Of a stretch of DNA of 64,000 bases, positions 1 through 13,201 are shown one piece after another. The notes under the pieces are model-generated. The model had not been told where the DNA came from, ran no database searches, and saw nothing but the letters and a program-made list of their open reading frames with translations. The translations under genes and the position numbers were made by a program. How positions within the stretch are numbered: the stretch's first letter is position 1; the number at the start of each line of letters is the position of its first letter. The DNA is from Bugula neritina (lineage: Eukaryota > Animalia > Bryozoa): NCBI GenBank assembly GCA_964035545.1, contig OZ037767.1:28040628-28104627 (forward strand), read 5' to 3'.

Positions 1-489
1 TATAAATAAAATGATGATTAATATAGCTATTAATCATCAGTGCAAGATCAGACTTGAATTTAGAAAAAAAAAAGATTAACAATATTGTTAAACAACTTCA
101 TTACATGAAACATCTGTATTGTATACTGTCAGTGTCACTGTGGGACTAGAGTAAAGAGTGAATAAAATATTCACATGGATATCATAAATATCCTACAAAT
201 CTATAACACTTTTACTCATAAAAAACTGAGAGAAAAGATAACATTAACAATTCATAATGTATACACATCACGATGATGATCAGCGATGGCAAAGTTGAAT
301 TAGAATATAAATATATTTTACACAACAGGTTGAGGTTGTTAGACACTTAAAATTAATAGTCTGATTATCACTGTAAGTAAGAGATTGGCTTTGAGAGTGA
401 ACTAAGAAAAAATTTAACTTGAAGCTGCAACACCAAGTAACAGGTTTGTTTTATAATTATTGATAACTTGCTAACAGTAACTGAGTAAC

Positions 490-790
490 TTTAAACTAGT
501 ACTACTACTACTTCTACTAATAGTAGTACTACTGCACTACTAGTAGTACATTTAATAAATTTACTAGTAAGTAGTAATACTTATACTAATACTATTACTG
601 TATTAGTATTAGTTTAGTATTAGTATTACTATTAGTTTCTATTAGTATTAGTAATACTAATAGTAATACTAATAGTAGTTCAGTTTTATTAAATAAATAA
701 TGCCAATAGTAATATTAACACTATATATCCACTAATAGTAATAGCTACACTTATAGTTATACTAATAAATTTATACTTCACTTAAAGCTA
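490..790. repeat. Degenerate (ANT)n low-complexity tract
   Basis: Concatenated AGT/ATT/ACT/AAT triplets. Confidence 0.8.
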
Positions 791-1564
791 AAAGTTAAAC
801 TTAAAGACAAAGTTATTCACTCGTAACTCCAACTCCAACTGTCCAAGTCCAACTGTGAAACTTTTCTTTAATATTAATTAACTTTTTGAGAAAGAAAAAA
901 GTTCCACAATTGTATAGTTTCCAATTCTATGTTTTGATTATTCACACATCCGATCTATTGAGTATAATATTAATAAACAGTAATAGCATAACATTAGCAG
1001 TAGCCTTAACTCTTACGGTCACTCTATGAGCAGAATCTCCGATTTAAAAACTTATTTGTTAACCGGAACTTACTATGCCAAAACACATAGTCCGCATATA
1101 CCATACACCCATATGTTGTTTGAAGTAAAGTATCGTATTTCGAAATTATTGCCAACAAAAAACGAAGACAACCCCAATTGATTAATTAATACAAAACTTG
1201 TGGGGAGATAATTCTTATGCAACGATATGAGTTCTAATCTACAGTAGATTATGCCAATTTAAACACATGCCCTAAAGTTGAAAGCCTGTTTAGAAATGTC
1301 ATAAATTTACTTGAAAACCTCCAGGGTTACATTTTATCATGCAAAATATAACATAAACTGTGTGCTAAATTTCAAGATAACCATTTTATTTAAAAAGCGA
1401 TGTCCTTTATACTGTAAAGCAAACAATAACAAATTGTCAGAATACATATCAGTGATTTCAAGAAACCTTTAAATGATTATATTTAAAACATTAAGCAAAA
1501 ATTTCAACCAGCTAGACAAATCAAAAAGTAATGTCAAGAAAGGCACTTCTATACAGAGCAAATG

Positions 1565-3763
1565 TTAGACAGAAGCCTCGCCACTTTCGCCTGAAGATGC
1601 TAATTTTTTAGTCTCTAACCGGCGTTTTACATTCCAATTGTATACTCTGGCCATGCTTACTTCTGTGGTAGTTGTCTGATCACGCAAGAATCCCAAATCT
1701 TCATCAACCTACAATTTAAGAATGGAAACACAGCTATGACACAATAACTGGTACTAATAAGATATCCTTCAACCTCATATATTGTATTAACGGAACAGTG
1801 TCACTAGCTACTATTATACGACTCATTTTTCTCATACAGATATATTTGTGTTGTGTACAGGAGCTTGATAAAAATGGTGGTTAGCATAAATTCACTCAAA
1901 CCAGGATTCAACATTTTACAAAAATCAAACCCCTTTGCAATAGCAGTAAATACAAAATTTTCTTGTTAAGAAAATCTCCATTATTTTCCTGATGCTTTGA
2001 GGGCAGGGGTATGATAAAATACAGAGGATAGAGAATAAGAAATTGTAACAATGGCAGAATGCCCACCACAACCTGCAAACCACAGAAATGTCCAAAAACT
2101 AAAAGAAATTTAACTTTCAACATGCTTTGATTACAACCAAAAATTACAATTTATCTAAACTGACTAATAAGAAAGTACAAATTAGAATGGTGAAAATTTT
2201 ACAATATAAGTACTTGCCAGAATATTATGCTCAGAATGACACTATCAGAGCAGGAAAAGAAGTAACAAAGGTAAGACATAGAGAGAGTTTAGAGAAAAGG
2301 AGTTTATTGATAAAGCAAAATAGTTTAGCACAGGCTAAAAAAAGTCCCACACGCACACGACACACCTACATTGACCAAAGTTTACAGCCACTGTGAATTG
2401 ATAGTAAATTATAGAAAAATACTACACTCACAATATCCGAGGCTTCTTTAGCCTGAGTTATATTCTTCTGTAACAAAGTGCGGGCTTCTTCTAATGTATA
2501 CTCCAACATCACATTGGCCTAAACAAATTAAATTTGCACAAGCTATAAGTAAACAGCACATAAGTCCAAAAACTTAAAACACACAAAAAAGCAAAGCAAA
2601 AGTGAAAGAAAACCAAACGATGGTCGTCCACGAGATGATTTTAATAGGAAGCGCATTTTATTTGTATTGCCGTCAATTATAATCAAAAAAATAAAGCTTA
2701 ACTATAAAATAACATAACAGGTTTCCATATATAAATAAACATTAAGTTAATCTTAGCAAATTTATGTTTTTGGTTAAACATTAAGCCTTATTCAAACTTA
2801 TAAAGGCATAAGTTAATTCTAGGAAATCTGTAACAACTGCAACAAACACAAAATTTAGCAGCAAATAACAGGGGCAGATAAGATGTGTAACAGAACAGAA
2901 AAGCTCACCACAGATATATAAGAAACTTACACCTAACCACAGACCAACTTTCTTTGTTGGGGGAATCTTTGCTTTAACATACAGGTTGTCAGCTAACATG
3001 AATTGTGTGTCTATAATTTCAGTATCTTTCTCTTCTAAATGCATGATTGCATTTAAAGCACCTTTCAACTCTGGCAGTTGAACTTTTAGTCTATGAGGTA
3101 ATTAGAAAACTAACCCACATTATATAAAGAAAGGAATATCATAAACACAGTTACCAGATACATTGTCAGCCACACAAGACAAAAAACTTAATTAAACAAA
3201 ATTTCAGTTTTTTGCAATAAAATAGCTGATGGGAGGTAAAACATCACATAAAAATATTTAAATTTTTGAGTTTCAAAAATTTAAATTTTTGAGTTTCAAA
3301 AATGCTTCAGACACGCACCTTTTCTTCTTGAGATTTAGATTTTGTTCCATAAATTTATATTTTTGATGTTGTTCATCGAGACGTCTGAGAACTACTTCTG
3401 CTGATTCATTCTCTGCCTGCTGCATGTACACATCGACATCTTCCTGCGGTGGTATAAAAGTAGAGGTTACTAAAATGATGAAACTTGCGTGCAAAAAATA
3501 TTTAAGAAACTGGTACTATAGTTATGTGGTGACAATTTATGAAGTTATACTAGCATATAGTGTATCTTTCTAGCAATGGCTATTTCTATTACACAAAACT
3601 ATCAAACATGACCAATCATCATTTGGCAATATCAACTTTATAGGCTATATTACATTTGCTTCTATTTGATTTAAGCATCTCTTACAACAAAGACTGCTTT
3701 GGGTATGCCAGACTTATTTGCTTTGTTTTCTTCAGGTTTTGCATCTTTTACTTCAGACGTCAT
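1565..3763 (-). CDS. VBP1: Prefoldin subunit 3 / VHL-binding protein 1, 5 coding exons, 197 aa
   Basis: complement(join 1565-1708, 2432-2518, 2931-3090, 3319-3443, 3686-3763), all GT-AG and in frame. Motifs: GIPKAVFVEDVD, LDEQHQKYKFME, FMLADNLYVKA, VGLWLGANVMLEY, FLRDQTTTTEVSMARVYNWNVKRR. Confidence 0.96.
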
Positions 3764-5259
3764 TTCGAGTGATTGGAGCACAACTTCTGCTTTATCTTCA
3801 AAATCTAAAAGGAACATCCAAAATGATAAAGTTATTATGAAGTGGATATGCATTACAACATTAGTATATAAAGCAAGATAGGCCACAAAATATATACTCG
3901 TTTTATTATTAGAGAATTCGTAAACATAGAGAGTTTATGGCTGTGCTAGACTAGCTAGAGAAATATTGTAATAGATCATATTTTGTTAAGTCATACTCAT
4001 ACTTAATGCTATTATTACACAAGATGTAGACCTAAAAGTGCATCCAAATATGTACACAGCAAGACTCATATTAATTTAAATTAATAACATATAATACATA
4101 CAGTTTTACTTCAGCATTGTAACAATCACAATGTAAGTGATAGTATGTTATTGTTAGTGTTACACTTTGACTTGCTTATTAACTTACAGTTAGTGTTGTT
4201 ACTGCTACGTTTGGAAAAATAATGGTGAAAAAAGACAGTTTTGGTTCCATTTAAATTTTAATTTGCTTCCATCTTGATTTTTTCACTATCAGTACCAGTA
4301 TGAGTATTACTATGAATGTCGTCAATCAGACTCAGTATCATTATTACTATGAGTATGAACATGAGAAAGTCGAAATAATTTCTTTTTATTAAGTATTTAG
4401 TTTTACTTTTACTACATCAGTTGACCTTGATCATTGTGATTGTAAAAATAAGTTACTGATAAGTAAATAACTAAAAATAAATGTAACTAATAATGCATAA
4501 AATTAAATGATAGTCACAGCGACAGTTTCATTCTAAGTTACTGTGAGTGCGAGTCTCAGTCTGAGGCTGAGCGTCTCGGTGCCACAATGACAAAGTGACT
4601 AACAAAATCAGAATGATCAATGATGATCATAATAATAATAGCACAAAAGAGTTTCCATGAAATTTTCAGCGATGCAAAAAACTTTGCAAATTTAAAAATT
4701 TATAAGTTTTGCTTTTAGGCTAAAAATTAATGAAGGAAATCAAAAATGCACACTTGAAAATAAATTTGCAATCATTCATTGGAATGAAAAAGAATTTTTA
4801 ATACTCGCTATGCATTTAGCCAATAAGATGCAGTAAAAAGCGCTACTATTTTAAGACAAAAGCTGTAGGCAAAAGAATCATTTTTCTTATATCGTCGTTT
4901 TATACCTGCGTATAAGAATTTTTGGCAGTAAACAAAGACTGCGTTTCCTGTTGTCATTCAAGTTATATTATATGCATGATCACCATAAGTGAGTATGAGT
5001 AATATGAGAATGCAATAAGTGCTGGATTTCTTCACCATCATATGAGTCATAGTCACGTCAATAAATTGAACAGTAAATAATAAATTCAGGTTCTTATTTT
5101 GTTATACTGATACTCTTGTCACATTTTTCATTGCTGTTGGCTTTTAATTTTAATTATAATATTAATAATAATTTTAATTTAGTTTTACTTTTACGTTTTA
5201 GATTTTACTTCGTCTTGAGTTCTTCTGGTTTTTTACTTGGTCTTTTACTAAAAGTTTTA

Positions 5260-5750
5260 GTAATGCTTATACTTATAGACTATAGTTAATCTTATACTTA
5301 TAGTTATACAGAATAATACTAATAGTAATACCATTACTATTAGTATTGGTACTACTTATACTTGTAGAGTTATACTTATACTTATAGCCTATAGCCATAG
5401 GTCTACTAGTACTAGTACTACTACTAATATTATTAGTATTACATTTACTGTCTAACACTATGACTATAGTAATAGTAATACTAATACTAATAGTACTAGT
5501 AGTGCAATTACTATCACTATCAGTATCACTATTAGACATTAGTCTTACTCTTGGGCTTACTCTTGGACTTAGAGTTAGTATTAGAATTACTATTACTATT
5601 AGACTTGAAGTTAGTTACACTTACAGTTACACTTACTTAGTATTAGTATTACTATTAGTATTTGTCACTATTACTATTAGGCTTAGGCTACTAATACTGT
5701 TGCTAATAGTAATTTACTAATAGTAATCTAATAGTGGTAGTTATAATAAC
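5260..5750. repeat. Degenerate (ANT)n low-complexity tract upstream of the CHMP2B CDS
   Basis: Concatenated AGT/ATT/ACT/AAT triplets. Confidence 0.85.
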
Positions 5751-6216
5751 ATTGAACAAAAAAATGCTGTTATGCTAATAATTGTCATCATAGCGATATA
5801 ATTTAAATCATTTTATAAAAAAGGTAACACGCTTAATTTATTTATATTTGTTTCCAATGAATTTTAAGTGCTCTAAATGCTACCCATAAGCTGATAGAGA
5901 CAAAGTGTATTAGCACCAATCACAGTACAATGTGTCAGTGTTTATATTTAGCTAGTGCCAGCAATTGCTAAATGCCAAACTTCAAATGTAAAGTTTTAGG
6001 TAAACATGAAATAGCAAGCGTGCTTCTTAGCATGCTGATCTTAGAGCATTACTTGATTAAAAAGCAACAAATATCAAAACTATACAATTTCAGGTGTCAT
6101 CAGTCATTTATAGTAATAAATATAGCAGCAGATAGGTATAAGGAAGTATTTGCTCAGTCTAAAATGTTTATTTTCGTATATTTTAGTCGCCTTGTCTGAA
6201 TTTGGTGGTGTTGATT

Positions 6217-7682
6217 ATGCCTCTTTTCAGTAAAGAACCAACTGTGAAAGGTTTGTAAATATTGCTTGAATGTTGAATTGCTTACATTAGCTCACTAGTA
6301 TAAGGTAAATATTTAGTTGGTTTGACAATCAATATGAAATATATTATAGAGCAGTTGAAGTCTCAAGACAGAACATTGCGTAAAGTTGACCGAGACTTGG
6401 CTAGAGATAGAAGTGGGTTAGAGCGACAAGAAAAGTTGCTGGTGGGTTTATTAAATAATAAAATAACGACTGGTTGTCATTGTGTTTTGATCAGATAGCT
6501 TGTTCAATTGTGGTTTTAATTTTTGATAAGAATTCAAAAAAAGATCCCAGTATTGCGAACTAAAGTGAAAAAACATTTTGTTTGTAGGAGCAACAAATAA
6601 AACAGGCAGCCAAAAGGGGAGACAAGCAGTCATGCACTATTTTAGCAAAACAATTAGTTAACCTAAGGAAAACTAGAACAAAATCTGTAGCTACTGGGGC
6701 TAGAATTCAGGCTATTGGTAACCAAAGTAAGGTTATGAACTCTAACATGAAAATGGCGGAAGCTATGGGAACAACAACTAAGGTATGAAATTAAATTATT
6801 GCAGAATATAAAATAAAAGGAATTGGACTTGTGGTACTTTTTCATTTCATCTTAGCCTATTTGAAGTAGATATATTGGCAAGTTGTGGTACAGATGAACG
6901 TGGTATAAATATAAAGGCATATTTACTACTATTAGCTCGTGCCTTGTTTTAGCAGTTAGTCTTGATGGTATATTAAGAGCTGTTGGAGAAGTAATAGTGT
7001 AATATTTTACAGACAATGCAACAAATGAATAAGGTGATGGATCCACAGAAAATGGCCGCACAGATGAACGAGTTTACCAAACAAAATGCAAAACTGGAAA
7101 TGACAGAAGAAATGAGTAAGTTAGTTTATGTGAAGATATTATAGCGTTATGATATACATACGCACGTCACAATGAATAGTTCTGCTGAAACAAAGGCTTG
7201 CTGCTGACAGTATCTAGACAGCATTAGCAGCAGATTTAGTACTAATGCTCCCGTCACTGTTGGAAAGTGGTACTAATGGAGTTTCTCAACAACATTTAAT
7301 TGATAGTGATTTTTAATTTGTTTTAGTAAATGACACACTAGATGAAATGTTGGATGAATCTGGTGATGAAGAAGAACAAGATTCAATTGTTGCAGGAGTG
7401 TTGGACGAAATTGGTATTGATATTTCAGGAAAGGTTAGTACACCAGTTCAATTTAGGCAGCAAAAATTTTTGATTTGGCCACATGAAAATGACTAGTGAC
7501 TGGTTTATGCTTGTGAAAAGCAACTTAAATGCTAATTTTATTTTGTTCAGTATATAATACATGGCTATGTGCTTTAGGTGGCAGAAGCCCCCTCCGCTCA
7601 TAGAGGTACAATTGGAGCTGAGGCTTCAGGATTCACAGATGATGATTTAGAGAGGCAATTGAAAGCTCTAAAAACAATGTAG
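6217..7682 (+). CDS. CHMP2B: Charged multivesicular body protein 2B (ESCRT-III), 6 coding exons, 211 aa
   Basis: join 6217-6250, 6350-6441, 6588-6782, 7013-7115, 7327-7433, 7578-7682. Motifs: LAKQLVNLRK, KVMNSNMKMAEAMGTTTK, KLEMTEEMINDTLD, VLDEIGIDISGK, C-terminal DDDLERQLKAL (MIM1-like). Confidence 0.93.
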
Positions 7683-8232
7683 TCGCTGTATATAATTAAA
7701 TTTTGAAATGATTATTTAAGATATGTATTTTTATTGGTAACTATTATTAGTTGTATTTCTGCAAGTATTGTATCTATTCACCAAACAAACCTGCTTTTGC
7801 GTCTAGCTTCATTTTACAAGCCTTTAAATTTGATCTTATAACTCAATTGTATTGTATAAATACTGCTAACTTGTTTGAAATCATAAAAATTATTTTTTGA
7901 TGAAACGTACTTTCAAAATATATTATTATATATATTTGTATTGCAAAACTTTCGAAAAAATTTTATTCCAAAACTGTTATGCCATGTCAATGAAGCATAA
8001 TCATAATATAAAATTAATCTATTCAACAGATTAAAAAAAATTAATCAGTATCTCAATTTTGTATTAAAGATACACTGCCTATAACCTATTTTATTCACGG
8101 CTCCTGAATTCAGTTTGCTTATATCAGAACATACAGCTTGCCAATTTCTAGTTGTTTCATAAATTCCAAGACCATCTTCCAGCTACCAAAGCTGTTCCTA
8201 ACCTCAGTTAGTGTTCCCTATCACCAGAGTTC

Positions 8233-11200
8233 TCAACGCAGGTTCTCTAAACGATCAATTTCACGTGTCACTTCCAGCTTCTCAGCCATCAAATCATCTA
8301 ACACTGCTTCAAACCTTCTGCGTAGGTCAGGATTCTGCATTTGTTTTATCTCAATCTCCTACAATACACATGTTACCTTCATTTAGAAAGGTATTTCAAT
8401 AAACATGGTAAATATGGTATTTGTCTCTATTTCTGAAAAACCTCCCCCCCCCCCCCCCCCCCGCCAACAAAAAGTCAATGTTTATCAAATTGCTCATTGA
8501 CTCAGTTCCAATGTTTATAAAGTTGCTAGCTGAGCCAAGTACCCGCAATCTCAGCATACAGACACTTGGAACTGGGCTATGCTATTCAAAACAGTGTAGA
8601 ATGATCTCATAAGATTTAAACACAACCAACATAACTACTGCACTGCTACTATTTGTTCACGTCTTTTAAATAAAACATAATAGGTATATAGTGGCCATCT
8701 TATGTGAAGTTAAAATGGATAATCAACTAACATTCAAGAAGTATTTCAAAATGTCAAATATGAATGCAGGGTTGCAACTTTTTTTTAGAAATTTAGAGAC
8801 AAAAGAGAGGTGAAACATGTGCAAGACTAAGCTCTATGCGCTATATTACTTAAAACACAAATCCCAGGCTAAGCATGCACACTATGTTATTTAAAATACA
8901 GATACAAGGCCAAGTGTTGCAAGCCAAATCATTTAAATCACAGATCACAGGCTGAGCTCTGCACACCTGCTGTGAGATTCGAGTCTCCAGTGCACTCTGC
9001 TGCTTTTTCAAGGTTCGAACTTTTTCTAAAATTACGTCATCATCGTCATCCTCTACATTCTGCGCATCTGCAGCTGGTGTGTCGGGATCTGAACCGGCAG
9101 CTGCAGATTGTGCCGTAGACGCTGCCATTGTCTGCAGCACAAAACAAATATCTCATGTCTAACAACCATATTTCAGTATCTAACCAACAAAACTTAACAG
9201 GTTATTTATTTTTCAGCCTATGACCACAGATAGCAGGAGTAATCTTTCCAGAGCCGGAAGATAAAGCACTTTCTGTAAAACAAATTCATTACTAGCTGAA
9301 AGCATATACTTATGCTGCAACACATCTGTTGAGATAACAAACTCTGCTCTCCACAGCAAATCCATAAAACATTTCAACAGAATTCTATTGACCTAGAATA
9401 TAATTGATATCCCAAGAACTGCATTACCACATGAAAGTAGATAAGTTAGATAACCAAAACACCAATGAAGCTATGCGGAGTTACCTGCTCATTGTCAGAG
9501 TCTCCTTCAACATTCACTTCTCCCTCATCTTCTGATGACGAAATTTCACCAAAGAGTTTCTCCTCGTCAAGAGGCACTTTTCCGGAAGCACCAGTCTCGT
9601 TAACACCAGAGGCATCGCCGGCTGCAGTATATTACATACGATACCTGCACTACTCAATACACCAAGCGTACTGTGACGACGCTAGTTTTACAATTCACAG
9701 TCCTAGGACACCGATATGATAACTTAAATACTAACTAGTAAAGACTGACCTGGTACACTATCATCTATAATCTCTTCATACGAAACTTCGATTGCCTCCA
9801 GATCTGTCCGCAGCAACCGCTTGACTTCCTTTTCAATACTTGCCAAATCTATTGGCTTTTTCCGGAGTGTTTTTCGAAATCTACGCCGTCTGACATTTTT
9901 CAATGGAGGAGTGATACCATGCAAAAACTGATATTTCTTTTCTAAAAAAAGGAGATGTAAATTCAATTAGGTATTACACTTTAAGCACTATGGAAACTTA
10001 AGCTAACAATTTCATAAGAACCGACAAATGTAGTAATTAGACAGTCAAAGCAACAATGTTAATTTCAGCTCAGCCAATTTCCTTTTATTCCATATTTATC
10101 AATATGTAATTTCAAAATTAAATTCCTATTTATAGGAGTTTAATCTTATATATAAGATTTGAACTATATATCTAATACAAACATAAACATACCAACACTA
10201 ACATATATATAACTCTGAAATAAGCAGCAATAAACAAGTATTTATGATAATCTTGGCAGCGGCAAACCTTTCTCTTTCTTCTTCTTGGGAGATTCAACTT
10301 CCTCATCACCGGGCTCCATATCATTAGAACAGATAAGCATCTGACTAATATCTGCAGTTTTGTAAAATGTTTTGTTGTCTGTTGTCTTTAGTGTTTCTAT
10401 TATACACGGCAAATCAACTAGCTGCAAAGCAAACGAGGAACATATGTATCAGTTTAGTCTTAAAGTTGATCAGTAAACTATAAAAAATCTTTAAAATTTG
10501 GTAGAAATAGATAACCATATTAGCTATTTTAGTTTTTCGTTTTAAAAAAAATAAAGACAGGTGAAAAATATTTGAATGGCCATATTCATGATACTAGAAT
10601 GCATTTTAATATAAAAATAGAATATGAATATAAAATTCTAAAATCATTTTTGCAAATTTTTGAGCAACAGAAAAAACTTTTTAAAGACTTTTTCTATTAA
10701 TTCCTTATTATGTCAGTATTGGATAACATAAAAGGAAACAAGGCTGGCAAAACAGAGCAATCAAAGTAGATGAAAAACACAGTTGCCCGAGGTACAAAAA
10801 TGACACCATAATCAAAAAATTTAATACTGAAAGCTCCAGAAAATGATACAACATTTACATGATGGAAGTAGAATATGTATATTGAAACTAAATACAAAAC
10901 AAAAGTAATTTTTAGACACATATAAACCAACAACAGGTGAAGCTTAATGATATTCAAATTGAAACACATAGTTGACTTATTACTTTGATTATAAAGTAAA
11001 TTGTTACATTGCTGCTAAAGTATTAAACTTGCAATAAAAAATGGTAACTTAAGTTGAGAATTATTAACCACTCTACCTTAGCATTGATAACTTCACTACC
11101 GTAACGAACTGTCCCCCACCGATTATCTGGCTGAATGTCTATATGAAGATTATCTTTTAGATTATTTCCATTTTCAAGTTCGTGAGCAAGTGCCATGGAT

Positions 11201-11550
11201 TGACCAGGTGGCAGACTAGATATAAAACATGCCAGTAGAACACGTCTTATTTAGCAATGCAAAGCTAAAGGCACTCAATTATTAGTTATTGTTTTTCATA
11301 CAATATTTTAGACAAAACTCAAAACATCAGGAAACCACTCAGTCAACCAATACATTCTGATTCTCATAAGTCAAACCTTAGATACAAATAATAATATAAG
11401 TATGATATGATGCTAAAATGAATGAGCTAATATTCAATAGGATTTAAATGCGATACTAAGATGATTGACAAACCGTAAAATAAAATGCTGCTCCATATCA
11501 AACTGATCATCTTTACGCCTTGCATCTGTTTGCTTCCCTTTACTAGTCAT
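8233..11550 (-). CDS. TAF7: TFIID subunit TAF7, 7 coding exons, 329 aa
   Basis: complement(join 8233-8358, 8967-9131, 9485-9621, 9750-9941, 10268-10421, 11077-11215, 11474-11550). Motifs: EQHFILRLPP, KLVDLPCIIETLKTTDNKTFYKTADISQML, HGITPPLKNVRRRRFRKT, IEKEVKRLL. Confidence 0.95.
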
Positions 11551-12399
11551 TTTGATTTTCGGCTAAATAAAATTAAGATTTTCAACTTTATGATTTAAAT
11601 CATTGATTATATTTAAAAGTAATGTTCCCCAGCAGAGCGGAGACATAAGAAAGTAAGTAGCTACAAGCACAGCATACTCATACTGATACTTCATTAACGG
11701 TAAGAGACTAACTCTAAGTCTAAGAGTAAGACTAAGACTAAGAGTAAGAATAAGAGACAAAAGTACACTCACACTGTCACTGTGACTGTACAGAGTAGAA
11801 AACAATTACATACAAATAAATTTTCACAGCTTTACTAAGATAACCTTAGCCTCTATTTTTAAAATTAATGTAAAAAAACAGGAGACAAGAAAAATCTATT
11901 CAGTAAATTTATTTTCAAAATTCTGTTGTAAGCAAAGGGCTATCATAAAGTAATAATGTCTCAGACTCTGAATCGGTTTGTAATTGGTCAGTATTTAGCA
12001 TAAATGTAGGAAAATGGAGTCACTAGGTAACTTAAGAGCTGAGCTAATACAGTTTAGCTTTTATTATGAAACTATTTATGGAATCGTCTATGCAATGATT
12101 AGTAATAAAAAGGATTTCACGCTATCGCGCCCAAGGACGAAACTTGTTTATGTTCATTCTCACATTGTGATTGTGCTGGTGTTGCATGCTCATGCTGGTA
12201 ATGATAACAAAAACTGTTATAATTATCACCATGTCGAACAAATTTTAGTAATTGAATTGTTGTCAGCAAGCATACGCCAGTGTTTTTTCATTATGATTAT
12301 GCATTCAATTTATATCGATATGATTATATAAATGAACCAGGCAAAAGCATAATAATTTAATATAATATAATAAATATAAATATTGATAAATATAATAAT

Positions 12400-13100
12400 T
12401 TAATTTTAATAATTAATATTATTATTACTAGTATTAGTATTACTATTACTATTAGTGTTAGTATTACATTTAGTGATTTTACTATTACCATTACTAATGT
12501 ACTTTCAGTTAAATAGTAACATTACTAATACTAATACTATTACTATTAGTAATACTAATAGTAATAGTACAGTAAATGTAATGACTATTACAGTAAGAGT
12601 AATACTATTACTATTAGTATTACTATTGGTATTACTATTAGTAATACTTATACTAATACTAGTTGAGTAATTCAAATTGGCAATCGTTATTTCATAATCG
12701 GCACCACCATCATGATCTTAACCATTATGATTATTAGTTGCTCATACTCTAACACCCACAGTCACTATTACTGTATAAGTATTAGTATTACTAACATTAA
12801 CACTTACTAGTAATACTATTACTAATAGTAAAACTTATTGTTAATAGTAATACTTACAGTTAATGTTGTAAGTTATATTAATTAAAATATTTATAGATAC
12901 TTATGTTTATCATAATCTTATATTAATAATAATGATAATAAAATTGCTAATATAATAAAATATAATTATAAATATTGATTAAGGCAAATACTGATACTCA
13001 TAGCAATGATTCAATTTTAGTTATACTTATACTATAGCATTAACTATACATACAATATTAAGTATAACATTAACTGTACTCTGTAATTATTTTACTACAA
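12400..13100. repeat. Degenerate (ANT)n low-complexity tract upstream of the EED copy 1 CDS
   Basis: Concatenated AGT/ATT/ACT/AAT triplets. Confidence 0.8.
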
Positions 13101-13201
13101 ATGTTTCCTTATACTTATAGTGATATTCATATGTAATTTTATGCACTCAGTTATAGTCATACTTTCAGTTACAGCAGCTGAAACTTTAAATTACATTTGA
13201 A

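Noticed and set aside
5273-5720. Hydrophobic or S/T/I-rich ORFs here and at 12455, 47127, 54122 and 60902
   Set aside because: By-products of (ANT)n, (AT)n and (ACT)n low-complexity DNA.
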